64,000 bases of DNA from Octopus sinensis (taxonomy: Eukaryota), in assembly GCF_006345805.1 (NCBI RefSeq), contig NC_043013.1, positions 54,188,001 to 54,252,000 of the forward strand, written 5' to 3'. The notes beneath the pieces are model-generated. The model saw nothing but the letters and a program-made list of their open reading frames with translations. It was not told the DNA's origin and made no database searches. Of this stretch, positions 39,672 to 52,201 are shown piece after piece; positions within the stretch are counted from its first letter, which is position 1, and each line of letters opens with the position of its first letter. Both the position numbers and the translations under genes were made by a program.

Positions 39672-40262
39672 GTGTTATATCATTGCAGTATCACAATATC
39701 GACCGGCTCATCAGATGCCACTTCACATCACTGGTCACAATGCACTTCCAATTTTGTCTTGATTGCACCATTCTTTTCCATCTTGACCAAAATCACTCGA
39801 TCACATTGTTCTTCCTGTTGTCATGGAGGCCTTCCAAGTGGTCTTTTATGATGTTTTGGATACCACCTGGCAACTGAACAGGTTCACCTGTTGTCTGTGA
39901 ACCTTGTGACATGTCCAGCTTAGTGGAACTTGCACTTCTGATATTCTGTGATGACACTGTTCACATTGTTCTCTTCCCGAATTATCCTATTTCCAATGTG
40001 CTCTGGCAATGCTATTCCTAGCATGGATCTTTTCATGGCCCTTTGCATCATAGCCGATCGATATTCTATCCTCTTCATGGTAGCCCACGTCTCATTTGCG
40101 TATAAGAGCATAGGTAGGACAACGATGCTATTGAAGAGTCTGGTATGTATGGCATTGTCTAGTTTCCATTTGGAAGCACATTCTTTATTGAGTGAAATGC
40201 CTTCCATCCTGCCCTTATTCTCTTTGAGATTTCAGCATCCATATCTCGGTGCATATTGACTG
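39672..40262 (-). mobile_element. RTE-clade LINE, 3' part of ORF2 and 3' end
   Basis: VNMHRDMDAEISKRIRAGWKAFHSIKNVL / LFNSIVVLPMLLYANETWATMKRIEYRSAMMQRAMKRSMLGI...AGHV..TDNR*..WYPKHHKRPLGRPP. These are standard RTE post-RT motifs, with frameshifts. Confidence 0.88.
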
Positions 40263-40404
40263 TGTGCCCTTAGTAGATCTACTTCTTTATCTCCTACATT
40301 TTACGGCTTCCCATTTCTAATCAGTCTTGTCCTACATCTTCCGATATATATATTTTGTTTCCATGTTATATCATGAGAAAAGATTTTCTTATTGAAATAG
40401 TTCT

Positions 40405-40560
40405 ACACTTCATATCCCTAGTATACACTGGTAGCTTCACACTGTAGTCTGCAAATATCTCCAGCTTTCAGGATCCATATTTCAGAGCCATAGATTGTAG
40501 TTAGAAATATAAGATCTTTGTACAGCCTCCTTAATATATCATCGTACTTGACTAGGTGAA
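40405..40560 (-). mobile_element. Short RTE-clade LINE fragment
   Basis: The minus strand gives RLYKDLIFLTTIYGSEIWILKAGDICRL (YGSExW motif). Confidence 0.55.
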
Positions 40561-43500
40561 ATAAATTAGCATATTTTGAAGAAAATACTCAGGGATGCCA
40601 TCTGCATGACAAACAAAAGTTTATTCAATGTAGTGAGAATTATAATACTAATTACAATTATGGAGTGAAGTAAAGATGATTAATAACTAATATTATTTTA
40701 ATCTTTCTGGTGACAAATATTTTACCAGAGTATGTTTCTTATTAATTTATGACTTTCTTTATAATATTCACTCAACTGTAACAGAAAAATATTATCCTCA
40801 GATTTATTCAATTTTGTTAACCTCAGGGTTTAACAATTTTGAACCAATTTCCAGTAAATTTGTCCATTATGCAATTACATACATAATTACAATCAAATCA
40901 TTCACTGTAGATAATGATTATTCATGGTTGAAATATTTAAATATTTTATTGAGAGTAGATAATGGGTGAAGTTTTTGCTTTTAGAAAATCCATTAGGAAT
41001 AATTCGAACAACATTCGCAAACAAAACAATATTAGATCAACTCGAAAGTAAAAACTTTCTTGTTGTAACTGTTACATATTTTAGTATTCAAAATGTTATG
41101 GCATTTTCCTTGCATTTTAAAACATCTTCTTGTCTTTGTTAATCTAGTGAACGAGGAAGATGCATGAATATGGCTGCTGAAAGCATTCACTTGAAGCTTC
41201 ATCAATTCAATAATGCTCATAAATTTAAAACTTGTAAAATACCCAACCATTGTTTATAGCAATTTACAGCATTATTACAAAGATAATGTAAATAAATGTT
41301 GTATAAATTCTGAATTAATTACTCTCTCCCAAATTACTACAAGTTGTTGAAATGCTCAGGTGATACTTGTGACAAAATATGCAATATTAATATAAACCAT
41401 TGTAATGGCTTTCATAAAATTAAATATAAAATTTGATATGTTTTACAAATGGGTAGTAGGTTTTTATTATTTTTATTATTATTAAGAATAACAGCAACTA
41501 ATAAAATTGCATTAATTGTATGATGATAAAGTAGTTAATTTTTAAATGTATTTGAAGATTAAGTTAAATTTGGTTGCTAATATTCTGTTAGGTTTTAAAA
41601 TAAATGAAATTATTTTTCTCCCATAAAATAGCATTATTTCACTTCACAACTTGTTTGGAATTACTCTAAAAACACACAACAAAAAACAATGTGTATATAT
41701 TTTAGATGCACAAACAATAGAATCTGAGGGAGCTACTTGTGATCAATATTGACAAATTATGATTCATTACAATTTGTTAAATAAAATATATTCTTAAGGA
41801 AAGGCTGAGTTCTGATGGTTAGGGTTGGGATCTTTGAAGAAGACTTTTTTTTTCTGTTCTTAAGACACAAATTTAATTCATTTGTTTATCTCCTAAATGA
41901 GTTCAGAAATTTTATATTTAATATACAGTGTTTAATGTTTAGTTCAAACTCAGCCAAAAGCAATTGAAGTAGTTATTGATTGAAGTATTGGAAAGAAAAT
42001 AGAAAGTCAAACATCAAGTTGACCCTTTTGGGTTCCAAGCATTATTTTGCTGATCTTAGTAGAATGTCTTTAGTATTAAATTGAATGGTGTCAGTTTGTA
42101 GCCAAATCAATTCCACATAAAATTTTCCATTGAGCTGGGTGGTGAGTGGTTGTGTAATGAAGAGAAAGTGAAAGTAGAGAATTGTGGGAAATGACGCAAA
42201 ACGTCTCTATAATCTAGTATGGAGCCAATGTTGATGCGAAATCTTTGATATGTTGAGTGATTTGTAATGATGACATGATGGCCACATTTATTATTTTATG
42301 TACAAAACATTGAAATGTTATGTGTACACTGCGAAAAGTAGTTTTGTGTATATATGGTATTAAGTATACTTTATCTGTCTGCAGGTACACACACACACAC
42401 ACAGAGAATATCCTCCTCCTCCTTCTCATCATCATCATCCTCATTGCCCTCATTGCCCTCTGCTTGCTTTCCGTGCTGGAATGGGTTGAATAGGTCCCTT
42501 CTGTTTCATTAGACAAGTTGAGGAACCACATTTCACTTGCAAGTTTCCTTTGCCATTCCCAGAACTCATCACTCCACAGCACTAAAGATGTCATGTTTTA
42601 AGAAACCTAAAGAATCATCCCAGTGCTGCACCTAACGGAGTGTAATGGATGCATTTTATCATGGCACCAGTACTAAAGAAGATAGGGCTAGTATGTATAT
42701 ATGTATACATATTTGTGTTTATATGAATCTACATTAAGTTAACTTGGCAAAATTTTAAAGATAATTACCTGTGTATATTTTTATAGAGATCTCAGATCTA
42801 AAGAATTCGTACCACTGCGGAATCCAGATGAAATGAATTCCCAATATATTAGAGTAACTTAACTACAAGATATTGCAGATAAAATATACGAAATGATAAT
42901 AAAACTATCTAAATATGTATTCAGTAAAGTGAGATTCCTCCTCATCAAATAAGCAAGATTGAGGAGGGGAAGTCTTAGTAAACAATCTAAGCATTCAGCT
43001 GAAAACCCAAAGATCACAGACACAGGGAAAGAGAGAGGAAATATAGAACTTAAAATCAAATTTGAGAAAACATCATTATTTACAAACTTAATTTCCTTAG
43101 TGTCTGTATCTGTAAATATAATGCATAAATGCATAAATGCGAATAAATGCAAACAGCGAAGCTATGAATTTTATTTTTATTTTTCCCAATTCAATCTAGA
43201 ATTACTATCTGTATTTCTAATAGAATATTAAATTGTTCTTTTGAAGCAAAATCTAGAATATTTCTTTAGTTATCTCTTCTGTTTCCACCTAAAATAACTG
43301 ATAACTGACTGCTGTAATTATTATGTTATTGCAGGTGCACCAAATACTGAAATGTGCAGACAATTATCTTACGTTTATTATTATTATTTTTTTTAATACT
43401 TCATGCTTAACAATATAAATGAAACAAAACATTTAGTTTGCAGCTACTTCTGTAACCAAAATATTGCAACACAGCAGTAAACTCCTGTTGATTCAAGACA

Positions 43501-44494
43501 GTTGGTGCCTTAGTTTCAGTCTCTGCTGGAGTCGATGAACTTCATTCCATGTTGTTAATGTAAGCAAAGGAGCTATTTATATAATCACCTACATTCTCTC
43601 TCTCCAAAACAATTTCTCAATTTTTCCCCCCATGGAATTATTTCCATAGCAATTTTCAAGATTTTACTATGTATTTCCTTGTTCATGAGTAGCTACACCA
43701 CGTGACAAGATGAGCATTCAGTCATTAAATACAGCCTTAAAAAAATAAAGAATAAGCAACCAATGCCAGCATGGAAAAGTGGATGAAAACATGCTGTTCA
43801 TTCTTCCAAATTTTTACTTTCATGCATTGCTCGTGTTGATATTTTCTGAGGAAAAACAATAAATGTCACATACTCTCCATTTACATTTTGCTACATATAT
43901 GGAGTTTGACTGAAACGATTAATTCTATTTTTATCATTTCATTTCTAATGTAAGATAAATCTTAATTCATTTACATTATTATAAAGATTATCTCTTGCTA
44001 ATGTCATATTATCCATGTGGGTTTTCTGTTTCAAATATTGAAATAATTTTGTGGGAGACACATCAATAAGAAAGGTAAACAGTTCCTCGAATATGTAAAA
44101 TTATAAACTCATCTTGAAGACACCCAAAGAAAGCAGAGAACCAGAGAAGAACATGAAGTGTTTCATTTTACAGTTCATAGCCTGGAACAAACTAATCTAC
44201 TTTGCAGTCATTGACTGATTTAAAGGCCTTTAAACAGTGATCAATGGTCAAGTGGTCACTGAGAAGGTTAGGCATAATTGAATACTTCAAGTCCAGAACT
44301 TGTATGAGAACATTTGAATTATCAAGACCAACAAGAAATTCAGCAACAATTTTAGCATACTAGTGGTGTACTACTAGTGTAATACTAGTGATGTATTAAT
44401 AATATACTAGTGGAGGACTAAGTGTATTTGTATTGTACTAGTAATGTGTTAGTAATAATGTATTCAGAAGGGTTCTGTCTTTAACCTTTTACTA

Positions 44495-44636
44495 TTTATT
44501 GTAGAAACTCTGCCAGATCAAAATTGGATCCTGGTGCAGCCATCTGGTTCGCCAGCCCTCAGTCAAAATCGTCCAACCCATGCTAGTATGGAAAGCGGAC
44601 GTTAAAAGATGATGATGATGATGATGATGATGATGA
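44495..44636 (+). mobile_element. Family C retroposon 3' end with (GAT)n tail
   Basis: cgtccaacccatgctagtatggaaagcggacgttaaaagatgatgatg. Confidence 0.85.
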
Positions 44637-45221
44637 AGTAATCCTTCATCCAAAAGTCAAGACTAGATATTATGAAGAACACATTGTTAGAAATCTGATT
44701 CTTATTGTTGAATCTATTGAGGAATTTTATGAAATATTCAAAACTCTAAAGAACCATCTATTACCATAAACCCTAAAGATAAACATGGCTAAGACCACAG
44801 GGAAGGGGTCGTATTCCACTCAGTATATAAGATTTAATTCTGTTGTCAGAAATCTCTGGAACACCAGGAATAACAAAAGAATTCAGACGTTCTCTTCACA
44901 TGATCTTCATTCATTTAACAACCACTGCATAAAACATAGGTAATCTCCACCACCTTATTATTCAGTCTAGCCTTGTGATAAGATCTGATTTCTATCCAAC
45001 TTCACTGCTATTATCTTATAGTTTTTACAGTTGATGTCTTGCAAATATTGCCAAATGTCTTGAAATCCCAGGGTTCTTCTCTTTTATGTAGTCACACATT
45101 ACAACAAGTTGTGCCTACATTGGTAAATATAGTTAGCTGGTTAGTCAGAAGTAAGTAGGCCATATTGGGCTCGGAGGGATCTTGCTCATTATAGAATAGG
45201 ATGTTATTCCTGCTGAACATC

Positions 45222-46078
45222 ATCATCATCATCATCATCATCACCACAATTATCACCTTCATTTAACATCCAGGTTGGCTTGGGTTGGACAGTTTGACTG
45301 GAACTGGTAAGCTGGAGAGCTGCACCAGGTTCCAGTCTGTTTTAGCTTAGCTTCTATGGCTGGAAGCCCTTCCCTAACATCAACCACTCTACAGAGAGTA
45401 CTGGGTGCCTTGTACATGTTACCACCGTAGGTATCTTATGGCTCACTGACACTACACTGGCCATGACTACAATTTCACTTAGCTTCATACGTCTTCTCAA
45501 GCACAGCAAATCACCAATTGTCTAAGCGACTTGCCATTGCCTGCATGGGACTCAACATTGGAACATTATATTTGCCCATTTCACATCTTCCTGAGTCAAC
45601 CTCAACCACAGGTTCCCTCTACAAATAGAAATCAACACTTCTTTCTGTTGTTGTCCTCATCCAAACACATTCCATGGCCATACCAGCACAGTCTTCTCTC
45701 TTGCACACAACAGCTGATGCCCCTTATACTCACCTTTTTCTCTTAAGACACTTACACTCTGTCGTACTTGCACACTGACACTGCACAGCCAGTGGAACAC
45801 ACCAGTTACATTGCCTTCAAACCTTTGCATGGCCCTCTACAGTTATAGCCTATGTTTCACTGCCATGCACCATGGCCGTTCACATGCAGGTATCATACAA
45901 TCTGCCTTTACCTCCAAGGGAGAGACACTCTTTGTTATCAACAAAAGTAGCAACAGTGTGAACTTCACCCAGCCTGTTCTTATTCTATCAGCTATGCTTT
46001 CAGAGCATCCTCCTCCACTGCTGACTTGGTCACTGAGCAAACAGAAACTATCTACTACTTCTAAGTATTACCCTGGGA
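45222..46078 (-). mobile_element. 5'-truncated RTE LINE: ORF2 C-terminus (~45490-46078) contiguous with a family C 3' UTR and (GAT)n tail
   Basis: LEVVDSFCLLSDQVSSGGGCSESIADRIRTGWVKF...VKGRLYDTCM*TAMVHGSET*...VQERRLCWYGHG...VEGTCG*G*LRK. This runs without a break into the sequence found as stand-alone family C repeats. Confidence 0.88.
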
Positions 46079-46083
46079 TTTGG

Positions 46084-46125
<42 letters not shown>

Positions 46126-46134
46126 CAAAATTTT

Positions 46135-46203
46135 ATATAGAGTTACCCAAGGTTTTGTATCCACAAAGCCAGAGCCTTGTGGACAGCTCGTCAGATTCTA
46201 TAT
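46135..46203 (-). ncRNA. Type I hammerhead ribozyme relic (family H3), G12 to A
   Basis: Minus strand: atatagaat-CTGACGA-gctgtccacaaggc tctg gctttgtggatac-aaaa-cc ttg ggt-a-actctatat. Stem I 8/9 paired; CUGACGA intact; stem II 13 bp including two G-U pairs plus one bulge; GAAA changed to AAAA; stem III ACC/GGU; GUA cleavage triplet. Confidence 0.75.
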
Positions 46204-49200
46204 GAATACAAAATTCAAGAATATCTATGTCGCAGACGTGAGGAGATGCTCAGAACTCAAGGAATATAAAAAAATGTTAATGCTGATGGGTTATTTCTCC
46301 TTAATCAGTGGAAAAAAACCTTTATAGGCTTGGAAAGGCCTAACAAGCAAACAGGGAAATCCAATTTTCTAGTAAATAGCACTTGAAGTGGATACATTGA
46401 GAGAACCATGTAAAAAGCACTCTGTAAAGTGGTTGGTGTTAGGAAGGGCTTTCAACTGTAGAAGCCATACAAAGTAGATAATTGGAGCCTCAGCCACTCT
46501 TCGGCTGGCTAGCTTCTGTTCAACCCATGCCAGCAGAGAGAATGCATGTTAAATGATGATGAAACCAATTTGTATATTGATAATTACTTTAATATTTCCC
46601 ATGTCTTTCAATGAACTGTTAAACATATGTTAATGATAAAGACCCCTTGCTATTGTATATACAATAATGTTTAATATAATCCAGATTAATCCCTATACAG
46701 GTTATGTTAAGATTTCCTTTATGGTTTATGGAGAGCAAAGACGGGAATTGGATGAAATTACTTCTATTATAAAATAAATTCTTGTGTTGAGTTAAATAGC
46801 TCTAAACTGATTATGACAATTAAAACATATTCATTTATTACCACCTCTAATGAGTTTTGCATCAAAGAAATGTTCCACGACTAATCTTATTGCCAGTATA
46901 CTGCAAGATATTTTAGGGTCTAAATTGCATAAAAAATGCACTAATTTGTAATGGCCTCTTTGTGGAACATTTCTCTCTCTCATATTTTATAAAAACATCA
47001 GTTATGTCATTTAGTTTGTGAAATATATCAAAAAATTTGTGTTTTTTAATCTTTCAGTATTAAATTGACTTTACATCAATGACTTCCCACACATAGCTGT
47101 ATGTCTATGAATTATATACACAGACATTTTAGTTGTCTTCTCTTAGATGTTATATCTACATTAAAAGCACCAACAGTTATATAATGGTGTGTGTATTTAT
47201 ATTGCCTTCATTTCTCTATCTCTGATGATGCTCCTTTAAATGCTAGTGGTTCCTATTCAGACATGTCTGGTGTTCAAAGTGGTTAATTCCCAACTGTTGA
47301 TTATCATAGCAGAACAGAGATCCACAGCAGATCTGTTGTATATAGTTTATACTATATGTGTGTATATATGTGTATATATATATATATATGTGTGTATATA
47401 TGTGTATATATATATATATATGTGTGTATATATATGTGTGTGTATGTTAACATAACATGCAACTACTGAATCATAACTCTTTTGAAATTTGTTCTATGAT
47501 TTGTGTCAGAAGTTTTACAGAAATGGATTTTTTTTTATCTTGTTTATTAAATTCCAGATTTAAAAGAAATCAGAAACGTTGATTATTTACAAATGAAACT
47601 TATGTTGTTTTCACACCTACAAAAAGTGGGAGGGAAATTAACTAAATGTATGATGAAATAACACCTTGCAGGGATATTTCACAGTACATGTTGCACATGG
47701 ATGTAAATGACTGACTTTGGGACAAAACCATAGGTTAATTAAGGAATCCTAACTGATGGAAATGGGGTAAAACCGAAAACAATTTTGTTGTTATGGTTAT
47801 TTTTCCATGCTTGTATGGGTTAGACAGAATTCATTGTGGCAGATTTTCTGTGTCTGGATGCCTTTTCCTGTTTCCAATCCTCACCTGTTTCCAAGTAAGG
47901 TAATATTTCCCTATTGGTAGATGGTTTTCATGGAAGATTGGAAATGAATGATGCTCTTTTATGCTATGTCAAGACAGAGGGTCTCTCTTTCACACACACA
48001 CACACTCATTTGATGGGCTTCTTTCAATTTTTGTCACCGACTCTACGTACGAGGTTTTGGTTGAAGACACATTGTGTACTTAAATTATAAATAGAATACA
48101 CACAGAATGATAGCAGAGTAAGACATATGAAAGAAGATAGTAATGAAATGGATTTGTGATTGGAGCACTCCGTATTCTGAGGAAGTGCTGTATATTTAGT
48201 GAGATGGCAGGGGTATGATGCGACAGACAATGAAAGACTTACTGAATTCTTGATAATACAGGGATGGGGAACATTAAATCGTTGTTGATAGTGATAGCAT
48301 GATTTTAGGTGGCACCATACCAACAACAGCAACATAAAATTAGCCATTAATGACGACCAGTTTTTTTAGATTCTTTGAAACCTAGTTGTTATATGACAAT
48401 TTTCCATTTCTTTACACAATACTTTGCATTTATATTAAGCTCTTCAAGGTCTTTTATGCTACAGGAGTTGAGTAGTAATGGGCAGACAAAGCAGTGCTCC
48501 ATAACATGCCTAAATAAAACCAGTTAATTGGCAAGTAGTTCAAGATTGATACAAATTTCTGTAGCTTGCTAACGAGTTTCAAAAATATTCAATCTTTTAA
48601 TAAGGTGACAAATTTCAGTGGTTAGTTGCAATAGGTACATAAAAGTATAGGGATTTTGGTGTTAACTCATTGAAGCAGATGTTTTGTTTTTGATTTTGGT
48701 GGTAAAATATTTCAAATATTCTTTTAAGGTTTCTTTTTTATTCTCATAAACTGTAAAAAGAAACAGAAAGCTTTTACTAATAAGCAAGTACAAAGCACAC
48801 TGCAGCCATGTATCACTTGTGATCGAAAGCAACATGGTAATATTTGCCAGGCTTTTGTTAATTGTTTCTGGTGCCTCTAAGTAGGTATGAACAGATATAA
48901 AGACTCATTTGGTCCCTTACTTTTGAAATTACTGAACATACATAATTTAACACCTGGAGGAAGAAAAAGCTGCATCAGAGCCCAGTTGGTAATTGTTTGC
49001 AGTTGTATAGTCTGGAAGAACGTAAAATGAAAATCCTTACTCATAGAATAACGTTTTGCCAAGTCTAGGAATTGAACACAAAACCTTATGGAATGGACCA
49101 TAGGTTAACCACTCTAGCCACTAGGCTCTGCACTTCCACTAATCAGTAAGTTGTGTAGTGATTTATATATATATATATACACACACACACAAGTGTGCAT

Positions 49201-51277
49201 CAAGAGTGTGGAATTTGCCAGAAACAGCACAAGCTTTCGCTCATCTAAGGAAAATGTTTTAGTAGCAAAGACATTCAGAAGTATTTAACTTGTTTGTCAT
49301 TGTAAGAATGGAATGGAGGAATGTAGTTATCACATTCTGTGAATCAACTCTCCCTGAATAAACTGGAATTAACTGAGAAAGAAAATATTATTGTAGACAT
49401 GGAATTCTTATCCAGACTATGTTTATCATGGGAGTCTAATCATTATCTTGAAACACCTGCAGTTTTGTAATTCTTATTTTCAAGGATAATAATAAATAAA
49501 TATTCATTTAGTTTCTTTGCACTGTATATGTGATACAATATGGCCGAGTAATTAAAACGCTTGTCTCACACTTACAAGGTCCTAGGTTCAGTCCAACTGT
49601 ATGACATCTTAGGGAAATATTTTCTTTAACCTTGGGTTGACCCATAATTTGTAAGTGAAATTATGGAGATAGAACCTGTAATGATGTCTCAGATAGAATT
49701 ACTTGGAGTTTAAAGGTAGATCTTTGCCACACAGTGTCATTGATTCTGCTGAGGAATCAACCCTTCACATGCAGTATCAAGGTAATTCCATTGTTAAATG
49801 TTGGAGATCCACCACTGTTTAGGTGTATGTGACCCTATGTGGAACTGTATAGTTGTGGATCGCTGGTGTTTTATTTGATTAGGGGCTTTTTGTATCACAT
49901 ACAAGTACTTTCTGAGATTCTAAAGTATTCAAACTGAAAAGGATTTTACATTCTTGAATTGGGTAAGGAAGTCATCTTACATTATCCAGAATTAAATTCT
50001 TTATTTGTTCAAATATCAGAGATCTGACATTTGAAAGGAACGACTTCTAAACTAATTATGCTCACAATAGATTAGCTGCCTGATATAAATGTTCAACCTA
50101 CATTCACAATTATAGATGTGAATAAATGTGTGTGCTATGCAATCCTTAAAGGCACCATGAGACATCATGAATTTACAGCTGAAGGTTTTTATATGCTGAC
50201 GATCATATATAAACATCAGTTCTGACCCCGTTTTCATAAAATCTTGCAAATACTTCCTGTATACCAAAGAATTCTTTTAAATTACAACATAATCGTTTGA
50301 AGTCAATTTTTTTGTTTATAAAAACGTTCACCAGTTGTTGAACATCATAATTACTGCACTAACAGGAAATGTTTCCTTTCATACTTGTGCATATGTGTGC
50401 ATACTTATGCATGCTTGCAAGTATGTGATGTGATTCTTCATCTGTGTATATGTGTGAAAGTTAAGAAATGTTTATTCTTGTATTTAAATATTTACTTGTT
50501 CTTATTAAGATGCGTGGGTTAAATATTTCAGTAAAATTGTAAAAATGAAAATACATTTTCAAAGACATTTATAGTATGTTGTTTTTATTTTCTCATGTAA
50601 TGGAAGTAATGGAATCTCAGCTTTAAAAAGAATATAATTGGCTTCTTTGTATCAATTTACCTTTATAATATTTATTTTCCTTCTTAACTAAATGGTTTTA
50701 GATTTAGTCCCATTGCATGGTACCTTGTACTAAAGCCCTGGCTGGCAATGTCTTGTGAGATATATGGAAACCATAAAGGTTGGTGTGCATGTATGTACAT
50801 ACAAGTGTGTGTATGTGTGAGTCTGTAGGACTGTTTACTTTCTACTCATCTTTGAAAAGTGATGTTTGTTGACATTTCCCTGTCAATAAATCACCTGCTA
50901 GCTCTGTGCTTTCAAAGATGAGTGGAATTGAAACACCTTCACCTAGAAAATAGGAAAAGGTTAGTTACAGGAAAGGGTTTCCTGCTGTAAAAATAATCTT
51001 TCAGTAATATATATTTATTTAAGCCATGAATGAACAATACTGAAACAAAAATGAAACAGAGAAGCATTTCTGAGGTATTATTTAATTCCAGTGTGATCAT
51101 TATTTAACATAAACGCTGTCTTTCTCTTTTTCAAAATGTATAAATCTTAAGTAATTTGAAATTAGAAAAATTGAATGTAAGCTTCGATAACATTAACAAA
51201 CTGTCAATTTTTGTGGTAGGACATACACTCTTGTATTTCATTGACGTTTTTACTGGTGAAAATTGAGAATAGTAGCT

Positions 51278-51535
51278 CATCATCATCATCGTTTAACGTC
51301 CGCTTTCCATGCTAGCATGGGTTGGACGGTTCGACCGGGGTCTGGGAAGCCAGAAGGCTGCACCAGGCCCAGTCTGATCTGGCAGTGCTTCTACAGCTGG
51401 ATGCCCTTCCTAACGCCAACCACTCCGTGAGTGTAGTGGGTGATTTTAACGTTCCACAGGCACAGGTGCCAGACGAGGCTGGCAAACGGCTATGATCAGA
51501 TGGTGCTTTTTACGTGCCACTGGCACGGGGGCCAT
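51278..51535 (-). mobile_element. Family C retroposon 3' end, young copy
   Basis: catcatcatcgtttaacgtccgctttccatgctagcatgggttggacggttcgaccgggg...ggatgcccttcctaacgccaaccactccg. CpGs are retained. Confidence 0.9.
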
Positions 51536-51782
51536 TGTTATTGTGATAATGAAGAAGATGCAAATTGTAGGCAAGATAGAAAGGGAAGTGTGGAAGAGGA
51601 AATTGTGGCATGCACACACATGCATGTGTGCCCACGCACTTACACATGTATGCATTCATGCATGCATACACTCTGAGTAGTGGAATAATTCATGGTAATG
51701 ATGTTGGTTAGAATGTTAGTTAATGAGAGCGATGATGATAGTTGTATGTTGTAAAGAATTTGAGGTAAACAATATACTAATA

Positions 51783-52201
51783 TTCTTACTCTCTTTACTC
51801 TTTTATTTCTTTCATTCATTTGACTGCGGCCATGCTGGAGCACCGCCTTTAGTCGAACAAATCGACCCTGGGACTTATGCTTTGTAAGCCTAGTACTTAT
51901 TCTATCGGTCTCTCTTGCCGTACCGCTAAGTGACGGGGACATAAACACACCAGCATCGGTTGTCAGGCGATGTTGGGAGACACACAGACACACAAACATA
52001 TACACACACATACACAAATATATACATATACATATATACGACAGGCTTCTTTCAGTTTCTATCTACCAAATCCACTCCCAAGGCTTTGGTCGGCCTGAAG
52101 CTATAGTAGAAGACACTTGCCCAAGGTACCACGCAGTGGGACTGAACTCAGAACCATGTGGTTGGTAAGCAAGCTACTTACCACACAGCCACTCCTGCGC
52201 C
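51783..52201 (-). mobile_element. tRNA-derived SINE family B, full-length
   Basis: The minus strand starts ggcgcaggagtggctgtgtggtaag (A box) and has gagttcagtcc (B box), ccttgggcaagtgtcttctactatagc and an internal (TG)n. The tail is ggcggtgctccagcatggccgcagtcaaatgaatgaaagaaataaaagagtaaag. Confidence 0.9.

Noticed and set aside
46146-46196. Apparent 51-bp minus-strand exon (tattcatatag|AATCTG...CCTTGG|gtaact)
   Set aside because: It has no TSP1-like or other recognisable peptide and the wrong phase for the TSP1 exon. The sequence is fully explained as the hammerhead fold.
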